DNA of 64,000 bases from assembly GCA_965140445.1 (NCBI GenBank), contig OZ223236.1, positions 1,760,001 through 1,824,000 of the forward strand, written 5' to 3'. Of this stretch, positions 1-9,800 are shown piece after piece (position 1 is the first letter of the stretch; each line of letters begins with the position of its first letter). This stretch comes from Candidatus Ozemobacteraceae bacterium (GTDB lineage Bacteria; Muiribacteriota; Ozemobacteria; Ozemobacterales; Ozemobacteraceae). A program made the translations under genes and the position numbers. The notes beneath the pieces were generated by a model that was not told the DNA's origin, did no database searches, and saw only the letters and a program-made list of their open reading frames with translations.

Positions 1-178
1 CGGCTTTTTTAAGGTGCTCCTGAACGCCTTCTTCGCGTATTGTTTGACCAATTTGTCTGCTTTTTAAATTAAAAATTACTCTTGGAGCAATAATCATGGC
101 GAGAAGGAATGATGTAACAATAGAAAAAATAATTCTAATGGAAAGTGGCGCAAAAATTGAACTAAACGTAGGAATCAC
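1..178 (-). CDS. mraY: phospho-N-acetylmuramoyl-pentapeptide transferase, 5' part (runs off window start)
   Basis: Manual translation from GTG at 178: MIPTFSSIFAPLSIRIIFSIVTSFLLAMIIAPRVIFNLKSRQIGQTIREEGVQEHLKKA; GQxIREEG..H.KK motif; follows murF. Confidence 0.9.
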   Translation of the reverse strand, partial: MIPTFSSIFAPLSIRIIFSIVTSFLLAMIIAPRVIFNLKSRQIGQTIREEGVQEHLKKA

Positions 179-196
179 CCCCTGTATTGGGAAATC

Positions 197-1585
197 CTAG
201 TGAAGTTCCTTTCCTAAATCAGGCCAGATGCTTTGGATTATTTGCTCAAAGTGCATTCCGCGGCTTGCCTTAAAGAGGATTGTGTCACTCTTTTTTAATT
301 TCCCTACTAAGTATTCGGCTGCTTGTGCGTTTGAGTTTAGGCTGATTACGTTGGTTTCGCTCATTTTATTTAAAATTGCTTCTTTGGCAATGAATTTGGC
401 TTCATTGCCAACTGTGATTAAAAGATCTATTTTATTCTCAGAAACAGCTTTTCCAATTTCACGATGCAATTCTTCTGATTTATCTCCAAGCTCTCTCATA
501 TCGCCTAATACGGCTATTTTTCTTTTCGGGCATATTCCAAGAAAATTAAGAGCTTCTTTCATTGAGGAAGAGTTGGCATTGTAGCAGTCAACAAGAACGT
601 TAATGCCATCTTTTTCGTGGGCTTCCATTCTTGCTTGAACCTGTTTGAAGGAGGAGAGGTGTTCTGCGGCTTCTGCTGGATCAAAATTTGTGGCAGAGGC
701 TGTTGCGATGGCAATGCTGGCGTTTAGTGCATTGTGTTTGCCTAAAACGCTTAACTGACATGAAAAATTTTTGTCCTCTGTGTTTATTGAAAAATTTATG
801 CCTGAAAGATCCATTTTGACGTTTGACAGCTTGAAGTCTGATTCGGCCGTAAACCCAACGGTAATTGTTTTTGCTTGTGAGGTTTGCTTTAAAAAATTAC
901 AAAATTCGCTGTCAGCAGGGATGATAGCTTTGCCGTTTTCTGGAAGTTTTTCCAATATCTCGCTTTTGGCTTTTGCGATATTTTCAAGATTGCCAAGTAT
1001 TCCTATGTGTGCTGGTCCAATGTTGGTGATAATTGAAATTTGTGGTTTGGCGATTTCGCAAAGCCTTTTAATTTCTCCAAGGTGGTTCATTCCCATCTCG
1101 ATTATTGCAATTTCGGTGTCAAAGGGGGTCGATAAAATTGTTAATGGGAGACCTATATGGTTATTTAGGTTGCCTTTGGTGGCAAAGGTTTTCAATTTTT
1201 TGGAGAAGATGTGAAGAAGCATTTCTTTGGTTGTTGTTTTGCCATTGCTTCCTGTAACTCCAATGAATGTTGCAGAATGTTGATCTCGGTAATAGCCAGC
1301 TACATCTTGAAGAGCTTTTAATGTGTCCTTAACCAGAATGACCGAAGTGTTCTCCGGCAATTTTTGGGGAGCGCTGGAAAGAATTAATACAGAACTCTTT
1401 TTTTGAACTGCTGTCTCAATAAATTTATGTCCATCAAAGTTGTCACCAGTTAGGGCAATGAATACGTTGTTTTTTTCAATGGTTCTGGTGTCTGTAGAGA
1501 ATCCGGTGATTAAAGGCGATGAATCTGAAAGTAAATCGCCTTGCGTTGCCTCTAAAATTTTAGCCAGCGACCAGTTAAACTTCAT
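197..1585 (-). CDS. murF: UDP-MurNAc-tripeptide--D-Ala-D-Ala ligase
   Basis: DTR, FDGH, GVTGSNGKTTTKEM, NLNNHIGLPLT, EMGMNHLGEI, DCYNAN, VLGDMRELG, KASRGM. Confidence 0.97.
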   Translation of the reverse strand: MKFNWSLAKILEATQGDLLSDSSPLITGFSTDTRTIEKNNVFIALTGDNFDGHKFIETAVQKKSSVLILSSAPQKLPENTSVILVKDTLKALQDVAGYYRDQHSATFIGVTGSNGKTTTKEMLLHIFSKKLKTFATKGNLNNHIGLPLTILSTPFDTEIAIIEMGMNHLGEIKRLCEIAKPQISIITNIGPAHIGILGNLENIAKAKSEILEKLPENGKAIIPADSEFCNFLKQTSQAKTITVGFTAESDFKLSNVKMDLSGINFSINTEDKNFSCQLSVLGKHNALNASIAIATASATNFDPAEAAEHLSSFKQVQARMEAHEKDGINVLVDCYNANSSSMKEALNFLGICPKRKIAVLGDMRELGDKSEELHREIGKAVSENKIDLLITVGNEAKFIAKEAILNKMSETNVISLNSNAQAAEYLVGKLKKSDTILFKASRGMHFEQIIQSIWPDLGKELH

Positions 1586-3065
1586 CGTCGCCTCTGAAAA
1601 AAGCTCTTACTACTTCCCGGTCGTCAAAGGGGATGGTTTTGTCTGCAAAAGTTTGCCCTGTTTCGTGTCCTTTGCCGGCTATAACGACCGTATCTCCTGA
1701 CTTAGCTGATTTGAGGGCCATTTTTATTGCCTCAAGCCGGTCAGCTTCTGAGTATACTTCCTTCCCTACGATCTTTTTCTCGCTATTTATGCCATCCAAA
1801 ATTTGCTCAATAATGGCAGATGGGTTTTCTTTTCTGGGATTGTCGCTTGTGACAATTGTGATTTCAGAGTTTTGATAAGCAATTTTTCCCATTATTGGTC
1901 TTTTCTCGTGTGATCTATTGCCTCCACAACCGAAAACTGTTATGACTCGACCGTTTGTGAATGGTCTAACTGTTTTTAAAACGTTTTCCATTGCTGCCGG
2001 GCTGTGAGCATAGTCCACAATTACATTAAATCCGTTGGAATTTTTTATTGATTCAAATCTTCCGGGAACTCTTTTTACAGATTCGAGTCCCGTAATGATT
2101 GTATTCCACTCGATACCAATAGAGTGACAAAGTCCTGCTGCCATTAAAGCATTAAAGACATTGAAGGAGCCAGCCAGGCTTATATTGCATTCATGACAAG
2201 AGTTTTTGTAAACAATTGAAAAATGTGTTTTCATTCCAGACATTTCAATTGCTTTAGCAAAAATGTCGGCCTCTGGATTGACTATAGATACTGTGATTAC
2301 ATTTTTACCATCTGCTTTGCATTTTTTTGCCAGGCGGGTTCCGTAGTCGTCATCGATTCCAATTACGCATGGCTTTTCTTTTGTTCCTCGTTCAAGGAAG
2401 AGAGTGGATTTTGTAAGAAAGTAATCATCCATGTCGGGGTGAAACTCGGTATGCTCAAGCGAAAGGTTTGTAAACCCTGCTGAGCAAAAGCTGATATCAT
2501 CAACTCTGTGGTTTTTTAGTGAGTGTGAGCTCACCTCAATAACTCCGGCATTTATATTGTGATCAAGTGCTGAATTCAAGAGTGATGATATTACAAGCGA
2601 TTCAGGGGTGGTGTTTGCAGCAGGTAAAATTGCGTAGTCCATATCGTATTCTACGGTTCCAATTCTAAAAGCTTTTTCGTAAGCTTGTTTCAAAATCGCC
2701 TGAGTCATGTAGGAAATTGTTGTTTTTCCTTTGGTTCCGGTTATTCCGATGAGCTTTAGTTTGCTTGATGGGTCATTGAAATATTTTTTTGAAATTTCAG
2801 AAAGAGCTGCGCGAGCGTTATCTACTTTGATTACTGGAATCTCAATGTTCTTCCTGTTGCCCTCTGTTATTATTGCTGCGGCTCCACGCTCAATTGCGTC
2901 AAAAAGGAAGGCGTTTCCGTCAACATTTTGTCCAGCTAAAGCTACGAAAAGAAAACCTTCCCTAACTTTTCTGGAGTCGTAAGCTATGCCTGAAATGTTT
3001 ATGTCGATGTTTCCTGTTATGGAAATCACCTTTTCTGGCATGATTTTGCTTAATTTGGTCATCAA
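1575..3065 (-). CDS. murE: UDP-MurNAc-L-Ala-D-Glu--meso-DAP ligase
   Basis: YDSRKV, GITGTKGKTT, TTPES, EVSSH, VDYAHSP, DNPR (mDAP-type), AGKGHE. Confidence 0.97.
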   Translation of the reverse strand: MMTKLSKIMPEKVISITGNIDINISGIAYDSRKVREGFLFVALAGQNVDGNAFLFDAIERGAAAIITEGNRKNIEIPVIKVDNARAALSEISKKYFNDPSSKLKLIGITGTKGKTTISYMTQAILKQAYEKAFRIGTVEYDMDYAILPAANTTPESLVISSLLNSALDHNINAGVIEVSSHSLKNHRVDDISFCSAGFTNLSLEHTEFHPDMDDYFLTKSTLFLERGTKEKPCVIGIDDDYGTRLAKKCKADGKNVITVSIVNPEADIFAKAIEMSGMKTHFSIVYKNSCHECNISLAGSFNVFNALMAAGLCHSIGIEWNTIITGLESVKRVPGRFESIKNSNGFNVIVDYAHSPAAMENVLKTVRPFTNGRVITVFGCGGNRSHEKRPIMGKIAYQNSEITIVTSDNPRKENPSAIIEQILDGINSEKKIVGKEVYSEADRLEAIKMALKSAKSGDTVVIAGKGHETGQTFADKTIPFDDREVVRAFFRGDDEV

Positions 3066-3097
3066 TTTACCCCGGAGCCTTTTTTTTCAATGAAAGG

Positions 3098-3126
3098 ATT
3101 TTATCAGGTTTTGCTTGAATTGTGAA
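3098..3126 (-). promoter_or_regulatory. candidate internal sigma70 promoter for murE
   Basis: Minus strand TTCACA-N17-TAAAAT with TG extension, in the ftsI-murE gap. Confidence 0.45.
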
Positions 3127-3129
3127 ATG

Positions 3130-5145
3130 CTAATCTTCAAATTTTGGTGAAAAAGTTATCAATAGTGCTTTTGATTCTGGGAGAGGCGTTCCTGGAGCAG
3201 GTTTTTGGCTGACAGCAATTCCATTTCCCTCGTATAAACCTTTTAGTTTTAAATCAGAAATTGTTTTGACAACTTCTTTTAAAGATTTTCCTTTAAAGTC
3301 GGGCACGGTTTTGCATTCTTTTATTGCGGGAGTGCCGGTGCTTATTGGTGTTTCATTTATTGCCAGCATATTTGGCAGTTTGATAATTTCGGTTTTTTCA
3401 TTTTTATTGTTTTCAAGCATTTTTATTTGCTGAGAAATTAATGATGGAGATTTGTCTGGTGGAACTTTCAAGTATTTCAAGACTCTGTCGATTATGATTG
3501 CGAAGGTGCGTCCTGTGACAGTTCCTCCGAATAGAGTTTTTTCATCACCTTTGGGCTCATTTACTACTACAAATAAAACTATTTTGGGGTCAAGAGCTGG
3601 TGCCATTCCTATAAAAGACACGACAACCTTGTCGTTAAAATAGCCGCCGGCAGGATTGGCTTTTTGAGCAGTACTTGTTTTTCCACCAATTGTGTAATCG
3701 TCTATTTTTACAAGTCTTCCCGTCCCAGTTTCTACAACACCCATCAGATATTTTCTTAGCTTCTTAGCTATTTCTGGTGATATAACGCGTCTTACAAGTT
3801 CTTTGGAAAAGTCACTTTTTATATCGTCATTTGGGGAAGTAATTCTTTTTACAATTCGTGGCCTTAATAATTCTCCGCCATTGGCTATTGCCGAGTAAGC
3901 TGCGATTAGCTGAATGGCTGTGGTGGACATTTCCTGACCTATACAGAGAGAAGTTGCAGAAAATCCAGACCATTTGGATGGCGGTCGAAGAGTGCCTGCG
4001 CTTTCTGATGGGCTGTCTATACCAGTTGGAGCCCCGAAGCCAAATTGTTTGTAGGTTCTGTAAAGTTGACCTGGCTCCACTAGCTGAGATACCTGGACCA
4101 TGGCCGCATTGCAAGATTCAGAAATTGCTTCGCTTATATCGACTAACCCATGAGCGCCATGGCATCGCACTCTACGGCCATTTAATTCGCCGTACCCTTT
4201 GCAGTAAAAACGGGTCCCGCTGTCGATTTTGTTGGATTCCATTGCGCTTGCTGCAGCAATAATTTTCATGCACGAACCTGGCTCGAAAACGTCTACTAAT
4301 GGTCTATTTCTTCTTTCAGCAGGCTTGCTGCTGCCAAAATTATTAAGATCATAATTTGGAATACAAGCCATCCCAAGAATTTCTCCGGTATATGGATCCA
4401 TTGCTATGGCAGAAGCATCGATTGGTTCGTATTGTTTGGTCAGTTTAGCCAGTTCTGTTTCCAGGATGTGTTGGATAAAAGAATCAATGGTTAATTTTAT
4501 ATTACTACCCCCCATTGGAGGCCTGATTATACGCATTTTGGCTGGACCGCTTTCGCTGAGACTGATGTCTTCCTGGGCAGCGAGTCCGGGATATCCTCTT
4601 AGGGTTTTGTCGAAGAATAATTCCAACCCTTCAAGGCCGTGTTTGTCTGTTCCGGTGAAGCCAAGCAGGTTTGAGGCTAAGGATTTTTGAGGGTAATATC
4701 TTTTATATTCACTTTCTAGTTTAACCCCAGGGATATTGAGTTTTTTGAGTTTTAAGGCGAGGTTTGGCTCTAATCCTTTCATTATTGGGATATACCCATT
4801 TTTGGAACCAATTTTGTCTATTATTTCTTCTCTAGTCATTGGTAAGACTGAAGAAAGGAGAGTTGCAGCTTCTGTTAATGATTTGAGCTCGCGGGTGTAA
4901 ATGAATACCGAGTAGTTGTCAACAGAGATGGCAAGCTCTACACCCTTTCTGTCTGTGATGGTGCCTCTTTTCATGTCTAATACGCGTTTGCTGACATGAT
5001 TCTTTTTTGATCTGATTGACCATTGATTATATTGAAAAATTTGTAGCTGAATCAGTCTTAAAACAAAAATTAAAGAAAAAACCGCAAATGCAGCTAAGAG
5101 GACAAGTGCGCGAATTGTTCTGTTTTGCAGCTTTAAGCGTTTCAA
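3130..5145 (-). CDS. ftsI: class B penicillin-binding protein (FtsI/PBP3-like) with C-terminal PASTA domain
   Basis: N-terminal TM, RGTITDR, RYYP, GLEGLE, EPGSCMK (SxxK), SCN (SxN), KTST, PASTA-like VPDFKGKS...QKPAPG; dcw context. Confidence 0.9.
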   Translation of the reverse strand: MKRLKLQNRTIRALVLLAAFAVFSLIFVLRLIQLQIFQYNQWSIRSKKNHVSKRVLDMKRGTITDRKGVELAISVDNYSVFIYTRELKSLTEAATLLSSVLPMTREEIIDKIGSKNGYIPIMKGLEPNLALKLKKLNIPGVKLESEYKRYYPQKSLASNLLGFTGTDKHGLEGLELFFDKTLRGYPGLAAQEDISLSESGPAKMRIIRPPMGGSNIKLTIDSFIQHILETELAKLTKQYEPIDASAIAMDPYTGEILGMACIPNYDLNNFGSSKPAERRNRPLVDVFEPGSCMKIIAAASAMESNKIDSGTRFYCKGYGELNGRRVRCHGAHGLVDISEAISESCNAAMVQVSQLVEPGQLYRTYKQFGFGAPTGIDSPSESAGTLRPPSKWSGFSATSLCIGQEMSTTAIQLIAAYSAIANGGELLRPRIVKRITSPNDDIKSDFSKELVRRVISPEIAKKLRKYLMGVVETGTGRLVKIDDYTIGGKTSTAQKANPAGGYFNDKVVVSFIGMAPALDPKIVLFVVVNEPKGDEKTLFGGTVTGRTFAIIIDRVLKYLKVPPDKSPSLISQQIKMLENNKNEKTEIIKLPNMLAINETPISTGTPAIKECKTVPDFKGKSLKEVVKTISDLKLKGLYEGNGIAVSQKPAPGTPLPESKALLITFSPKFED

Positions 5146-5152
5146 ATTTGTA

Positions 5153-6100
5153 TTACTCCGTCAATTTCTTTACCGATCGTAATTTAGCTGATCTAGATCT
5201 TGGATTGGTGGAAATTTCTTCATCTGTAGCTGTTATTGGTTTTTTTGTTAGTATTTTGATTAGTGGTTTTTTTCCACAGTTGCACACTGGAAAATTGGGT
5301 GGGCAAATGCAGGGATTGGCATTTTCCACAAAAAAGTTCTTGGTGATTCTGTCTTCAAGTGAATGAAAGGAAATTACCGATAGGTGTCCGCCTGGATTTA
5401 AGCATTTAAGAGCATTTTCCAGAAAGTTGGATAGTTCTTTTAGTTCTTCATTTACTTCTATTCGCAAAGCCTGAAAAACCTTGGTTGCAGGATGAATCTT
5501 GGATTTTCTTTTTACAGCATGAGGATAGCAATCTGATACCAAGGCAGCGAGTTCTGTGGTTGATCTAATTGGCTTTGAATTTCTTTCACTGCAGATTTTG
5601 TCTGCAATTTTTTTTGCAAATTTCTCTTCGCCAAAAGTTCTGAAAATTCTGCACAAATCATCTGATGACCATGTATTTACCAAGTCTTCTGCGGTGATTG
5701 TGATACTTTTATCCATGCGCATATCCAGAGGGCCTTCTTTCATAAAAGAAAAGCCTCTGGCGTCGTTATCCAGTTGATATGAAGAAACTCCAAGGTCAAC
5801 CAGTATTCCATCGACTCCGCTGATATTGTTGAATGACAGAACTCCTGGAAGATCTGATGCGTTAGCTTGAAACCTTTTTATTCGAGGGTCTGAAATGGTT
5901 TCGCATGTGTGCTCAAGGATTTCCTCGTCTTTGTCTATGGCAATGAGGGTAGTAATTTGAGGATGCTTTTCAAGAATAGCTTTACTGTGACCTCCGAGGC
6001 CAAAAGTGCAATCTGCAAAAATTTTTCCATTTTTGGGAAAAGCGAATTCCAGAACTTCATTTAACAATACAGGGATATGTTGGGGGATTATTTTATTCAT
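5153..6100 (-). CDS. rsmH: 16S rRNA m4C1402 methyltransferase
   Basis: HIPVLL, DCTFGLGGHS, DLGVSSYQLD, RGFSF, PLDMRMD, FQALRIEVN, FHSLEDR, NPRSRSAKLR; start placed at ATG 6100 (TAATG overlap with upstream stop). Confidence 0.97.
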   Translation of the reverse strand: MNKIIPQHIPVLLNEVLEFAFPKNGKIFADCTFGLGGHSKAILEKHPQITTLIAIDKDEEILEHTCETISDPRIKRFQANASDLPGVLSFNNISGVDGILVDLGVSSYQLDNDARGFSFMKEGPLDMRMDKSITITAEDLVNTWSSDDLCRIFRTFGEEKFAKKIADKICSERNSKPIRSTTELAALVSDCYPHAVKRKSKIHPATKVFQALRIEVNEELKELSNFLENALKCLNPGGHLSVISFHSLEDRITKNFFVENANPCICPPNFPVCNCGKKPLIKILTKKPITATDEEISTNPRSRSAKLRSVKKLTE

Positions 6101-6474
6101 TAGTATTTCATCTCTGGCATAGTTATGTAGCAAAGTTTTTTAGGAACAACCATTCCTAGCTCGTTCTTGGCAACTTGCTCTATTCTTGAAAGGGATTGTA
6201 ATTTTGAAATTTCGGCTCTAAGATCAGCATTTCCATTTTCTAAGTTGCTGATGTCTTTTTCTACTCGATTTATTCTAAGTTTAACTTCTACCATCTTTGT
6301 TGACTGCCAGATATACACTGTAAACATCATGCTTAATAAAAGAATAGCAGTTAGATACAAGCGAATAATTTGTTTGCGCTTGGCTTGTATGGCTGGACTC
6401 AACTCTTCCCGGGAAACATTTCTGGAAGAGTCGCTATTAGTTTTTTTTGATAGAAGAATCTTAGATTTATTCAT
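6100..6474 (-). CDS. ftsL: cell division protein FtsL/DivIC-like
   Basis: Basic N-terminus, one TM, coiled coil, SLSRIEQVAKNELGMVVP motif; dcw context. Confidence 0.8.
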   Translation of the reverse strand: MNKSKILLSKKTNSDSSRNVSREELSPAIQAKRKQIIRLYLTAILLLSMMFTVYIWQSTKMVEVKLRINRVEKDISNLENGNADLRAEISKLQSLSRIEQVAKNELGMVVPKKLCYITMPEMKY

Positions 6475-6489
6475 TAGCTATAATCAGTA

Positions 6490-6526
6490 CAAAACAAAAG
6501 GAGAAACCCTGAGATTTCTCCTTTTG
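6490..6526 (-). terminator. intrinsic terminator after the clostripain gene
   Basis: CAAAAGGAGAAA-8nt-TTTCTCCTTTTG inverted repeat with a T-rich tail on the minus strand. Confidence 0.7.
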
Positions 6527-6540
6527 CAAAACGGACGAAA

Positions 6541-9222
6541 TTATCTCCGATTCAAAGTACCATGCTGTTGATTAAATTCCAATAGGGACTTTACATTTTT
6601 TTCAAGATTTTTCATGGACTCATTGTTTGATTCAGACATATTTGAAATATGTTCAAGGATCTTTTGCCCATTTTCAGGATTTTTTTCGATACTAAGTTTA
6701 ATGTTTTTCATTAATCTGTTTTCAACACCAGAAAGAAGGTCTATATTGCTTTCCATCTCTCTTGCTGACATTGAACTCATTGAGGCTCTTCTGCTAGATG
6801 CTTCAGAGAAGTTTCTTAATTCTGAAGTCATACTTGGTTGCATAATATCAGCAACTTCTTGAATTAATCTTGTGCGTAACTTTCTGTCGCTGATTGATTC
6901 TATTCCAAATGAGAAGAGAATTACTCTGTAACCATCAATAACTTTCACTGCAGCTCCACCAGAAGATTTAATTCCTCTTGTAAGTGAGCCATCTTTGAAG
7001 TTAGGGCCATTCATTTCTCTTTCATCTGCAATTATTCTCGTTTTTGCTTCATATTTCATAATAACCTGTCCGCCCTGTAGAGCGTCAATTTCGTCAGGCC
7101 ATTTTTGATTATTTGCGCCATTGCCTCCAAATATTTGAAATGAAGCGCCTCTGGCAAAAGAATTTGATCCAGTAACAACATGAATGTTTACGTCATCCTG
7201 AACAAAAGCAGCTTTGCATTTTTTTGCAAGGAAATCACTTTCTCTTAGAGTGAAACCAAAATCCTGTCCAGAGAGAACCAGACGACCGCCTGAGTTCAAG
7301 AACTGGTCAAGCGAAGAAATTTCCTCTTCTGTTATTGATTGGTCTGGTGAAGAATCTTGAGATAAGAAGATCACCCATCCATTCAAATATCTTTTTAAGA
7401 CTTCAGGCTTTACATCGCCTTCAAGCATTCTATCCCAGATATCAAATTTTACTTTTGCATCTTGAAGCATTTCCTGGGCAACGGTACTCGAAGGAGAAAA
7501 ATTATCTGTTACAACCAAAAGAGCATGTCCTGTGGAAGAGAAAGGTTCCTTAATGTAAAAGGAAGTTTTTATTGTAGAAACAGGTATTCCTTTTCCTCTG
7601 ATGTAGATTTGAAGAGGAATTTCTGTGTGGACGTCAGCATTTTCAGAAACTTTAAAGGTTAATACATTTACAACTTCTGTTTTTCCAGGACCGGGAAGGT
7701 TGGATACCTTTGTTGTGAAGCTTGTTTTGCCAAGCAGCTTTGAATTGGTTGAGCATGAAACTGTTGCGGTTTTCAGGGCTGCTCTTCCAAGGTTTCTAAT
7801 GGTTAATTTTAACGAAACTTCTTCTCCAGCAGCGATTCTGCCGTCTTTGTTCTTGTCTTCCAGAATTACGTCTTCGATTTTTAGATAAGGAATTCCAGGG
7901 GCAGAGACTTCTCTAAGAAATTCAAACCATTCTGTTTCAGTGCAAAAGCTGAGCCTTTTATATCTGTTTTTGTAGGTCCTAAAGCCTTGCCTTTTTGGGA
8001 AAAATATCGATAGTCCTCTTGTTGGGCGAAATTTTTCTCCTGCATAGCCAAACTTTTCTACAAACCCACCTTTGCCTTTTTCGCCGATAACAGTTTTATA
8101 GAGAGCTGTTGCGGCAGCTCTTGTTTCTGCTTTGATGCTTGATTTGCAAAGTGTGTATAAAAAATGTCCAAGATCAATATAATCGCCATAAGAATATTTG
8201 AGGGCGACTTCCTGTGCTTTTTCAATTTTATCAATGTCTGAAATGTTTTTTCTTACTGCGTGGCAAAATCTATCTATAGAATCTTTGAAATCCTGAGCCT
8301 TTCCTAGATCTAATAGTGACAATACAACGGCTTTGTTTCCTTGTGAGCCACTCGAATATGATTTTTTATAAGCTGAAACAATAAGGGAGCCTAACTCTTT
8401 TGCTTCCATTTTTGGTTTCTTGGTTAATCCGGCAGCAATAAAATCATAGGGCCAACCTTTTTCAGGTTCTAGATCTGGTGAGCCAACCTGGTATTTTGCG
8501 AAAGGAGCTGCGGCGTATGCAACCTCTGCCATTTGCATTAAGCAGGCATCAAAACCAAGTAAATCAAGTGGCTGTCCAAGGATTTCTGTTATCTCTGCAA
8601 GAGTTTCTCTCAGAGTGGGGATGTCCATGGACGTTTTTGAAGAAAAGTCATATGAGATATTATATGAAATGTTGTTTATAACATCATCAAGGCCATCAGA
8701 CATTTCAAAGTTCATGTCTGGAGCTGTTTCTGTGCCTGGACCTTCCATCATGCTTGGTTGAATTTCTTTCCAGCCTGTTCCATGATTCCAGAGTATCAGA
8801 GCATATCTTTTTGCCGGATAATTGGTTTTCGCCCATTTTACGAAATCGGTAAGAGCTTCTGGTGAAGCTGTATCTACTTTTCCCAGATCCTGAAGAGATG
8901 GAGAAGACATTTTTTTACTGCTTCTGTCTTTTATTACATAAAATCTTCTGCTTCCTGACCATTTTAACTCAGAATCATCAGAAAATTCACCACTGCGGTC
9001 TATCTGGGCAACAAAATTTATACTTGGCGTGGAGCCATATTTTTCAATTTCATTTATATCAACAGAAGTTCCTGATTCCAGGTCATTATCGGCCGCCATA
9101 AAGATCATGACAGTCCACTCTTTTTCCTGGAGATCCTGAGAATACCCTGTGGTGGAAATAACCAGCAAGGCAAATAATATTAAAAATATCTTAGCGAGGC
9201 TTCTTATACTCTTATAGTCCAC
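6541..9222 (-). CDS. secreted clostripain-family (C11) cysteine peptidase with C-terminal Ig-like and alpha/beta domains
   Basis: Signal peptide; WTVMIFMAADNDLE, YPAKRYALILWNHGTGW (His), LLGFDACLM (Cys), GLSIFFP; then DKNKDGRIAAGE Ig/CARDB-like and FLNSGGRLVLSGQD segments. Confidence 0.88.
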   Translation of the reverse strand: MDYKSIRSLAKIFLILFALLVISTTGYSQDLQEKEWTVMIFMAADNDLESGTSVDINEIEKYGSTPSINFVAQIDRSGEFSDDSELKWSGSRRFYVIKDRSSKKMSSPSLQDLGKVDTASPEALTDFVKWAKTNYPAKRYALILWNHGTGWKEIQPSMMEGPGTETAPDMNFEMSDGLDDVINNISYNISYDFSSKTSMDIPTLRETLAEITEILGQPLDLLGFDACLMQMAEVAYAAAPFAKYQVGSPDLEPEKGWPYDFIAAGLTKKPKMEAKELGSLIVSAYKKSYSSGSQGNKAVVLSLLDLGKAQDFKDSIDRFCHAVRKNISDIDKIEKAQEVALKYSYGDYIDLGHFLYTLCKSSIKAETRAAATALYKTVIGEKGKGGFVEKFGYAGEKFRPTRGLSIFFPKRQGFRTYKNRYKRLSFCTETEWFEFLREVSAPGIPYLKIEDVILEDKNKDGRIAAGEEVSLKLTIRNLGRAALKTATVSCSTNSKLLGKTSFTTKVSNLPGPGKTEVVNVLTFKVSENADVHTEIPLQIYIRGKGIPVSTIKTSFYIKEPFSSTGHALLVVTDNFSPSSTVAQEMLQDAKVKFDIWDRMLEGDVKPEVLKRYLNGWVIFLSQDSSPDQSITEEEISSLDQFLNSGGRLVLSGQDFGFTLRESDFLAKKCKAAFVQDDVNIHVVTGSNSFARGASFQIFGGNGANNQKWPDEIDALQGGQVIMKYEAKTRIIADEREMNGPNFKDGSLTRGIKSSGGAAVKVIDGYRVILFSFGIESISDRKLRTRLIQEVADIMQPSMTSELRNFSEASSRRASMSSMSAREMESNIDLLSGVENRLMKNIKLSIEKNPENGQKILEHISNMSESNNESMKNLEKNVKSLLEFNQQHGTLNRR

Positions 9223-9256
9223 ACTTTTCCTCCGATACTATTTACACAATAAGATC

Positions 9257-9285
9257 ATTATACGGAAAAATACTACCTCTGTCAA
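9257..9285 (-). promoter_or_regulatory. consensus sigma70 promoter for the clostripain gene
   Basis: Minus strand TTGACA-N17-TATAAT, followed by GGAGG RBS and GTG at 9222. Confidence 0.85.
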
Positions 9286-9384
9286 TTTGTCGAAACAGTC
9301 TAAAAGTCTTTGGTAATGGGGAAAAGAGAAAAAGAGCTGTACTCTTTATGAAAATATTATATTATAGAGCTTAGGTTTGTAAAT

Positions 9385-9413
9385 TTGACTTATAGTAGTC
9401 TATATGGTACTAT
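9385..9413 (+). promoter_or_regulatory. strong sigma70 promoter for the 85-aa gene
   Basis: TTGACT-N17-TACTAT with TG extension; RBS AAGGGAGGA at 9432-9440. Confidence 0.8.
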
Positions 9414-9447
9414 AAAGAATCGAACTTCCTAAAGGGAGGATTGTCGC

Positions 9448-9705
9448 ATGTCACGTGCCAAAACAATTAAAAAAGCTGGTTCCGCCAGTGATGAAAAAGT
9501 AACTTTAAAGAAGAAGAGTAAATCTGCTGATGTAGAAACTCGAGAGTATGCTATGACTGAAACCTTTTTAAAAGGCGACATGGTATATCACAAGGTTTGG
9601 GATGATACTGGAGAAGTCATTGAAGTTGGAACAACTGATGACGGTATCAACCGAATGAAAGTTGCTTTTGAAAAAGTTGGAGTTAAGAACCTTAGAATTG
9701 GTTGA
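9448..9705 (+). CDS. small protein: Lys-rich N-terminus plus Tudor-like domain resembling the PcrA/UvrD C-terminus
   Basis: Own promoter, RBS and terminator; FLKGDMVYHKVWDDTGEV...MKVAFEKVGVKNL resembles the GDxVxHxxWGxGxV...VxF...GxKxL pattern. Confidence 0.7.
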   Translation: MSRAKTIKKAGSASDEKVTLKKKSKSADVETREYAMTETFLKGDMVYHKVWDDTGEVIEVGTTDDGINRMKVAFEKVGVKNLRIG

Positions 9706-9719
9706 TTTTATATCCAGCT

Positions 9720-9754
9720 AAAAAAAAAGACCCGGAGAATCCGGGTCTTTTTTT
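9720..9754 (+). terminator. intrinsic terminator
   Basis: A-tract, GACCCGGA-GAA-TCCGGGTC, T7. Confidence 0.9.
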
Positions 9755-9800
9755 AAGACAAAATTAAGATTTATTTAGAGATTTTCTGGAGGATTTACCA

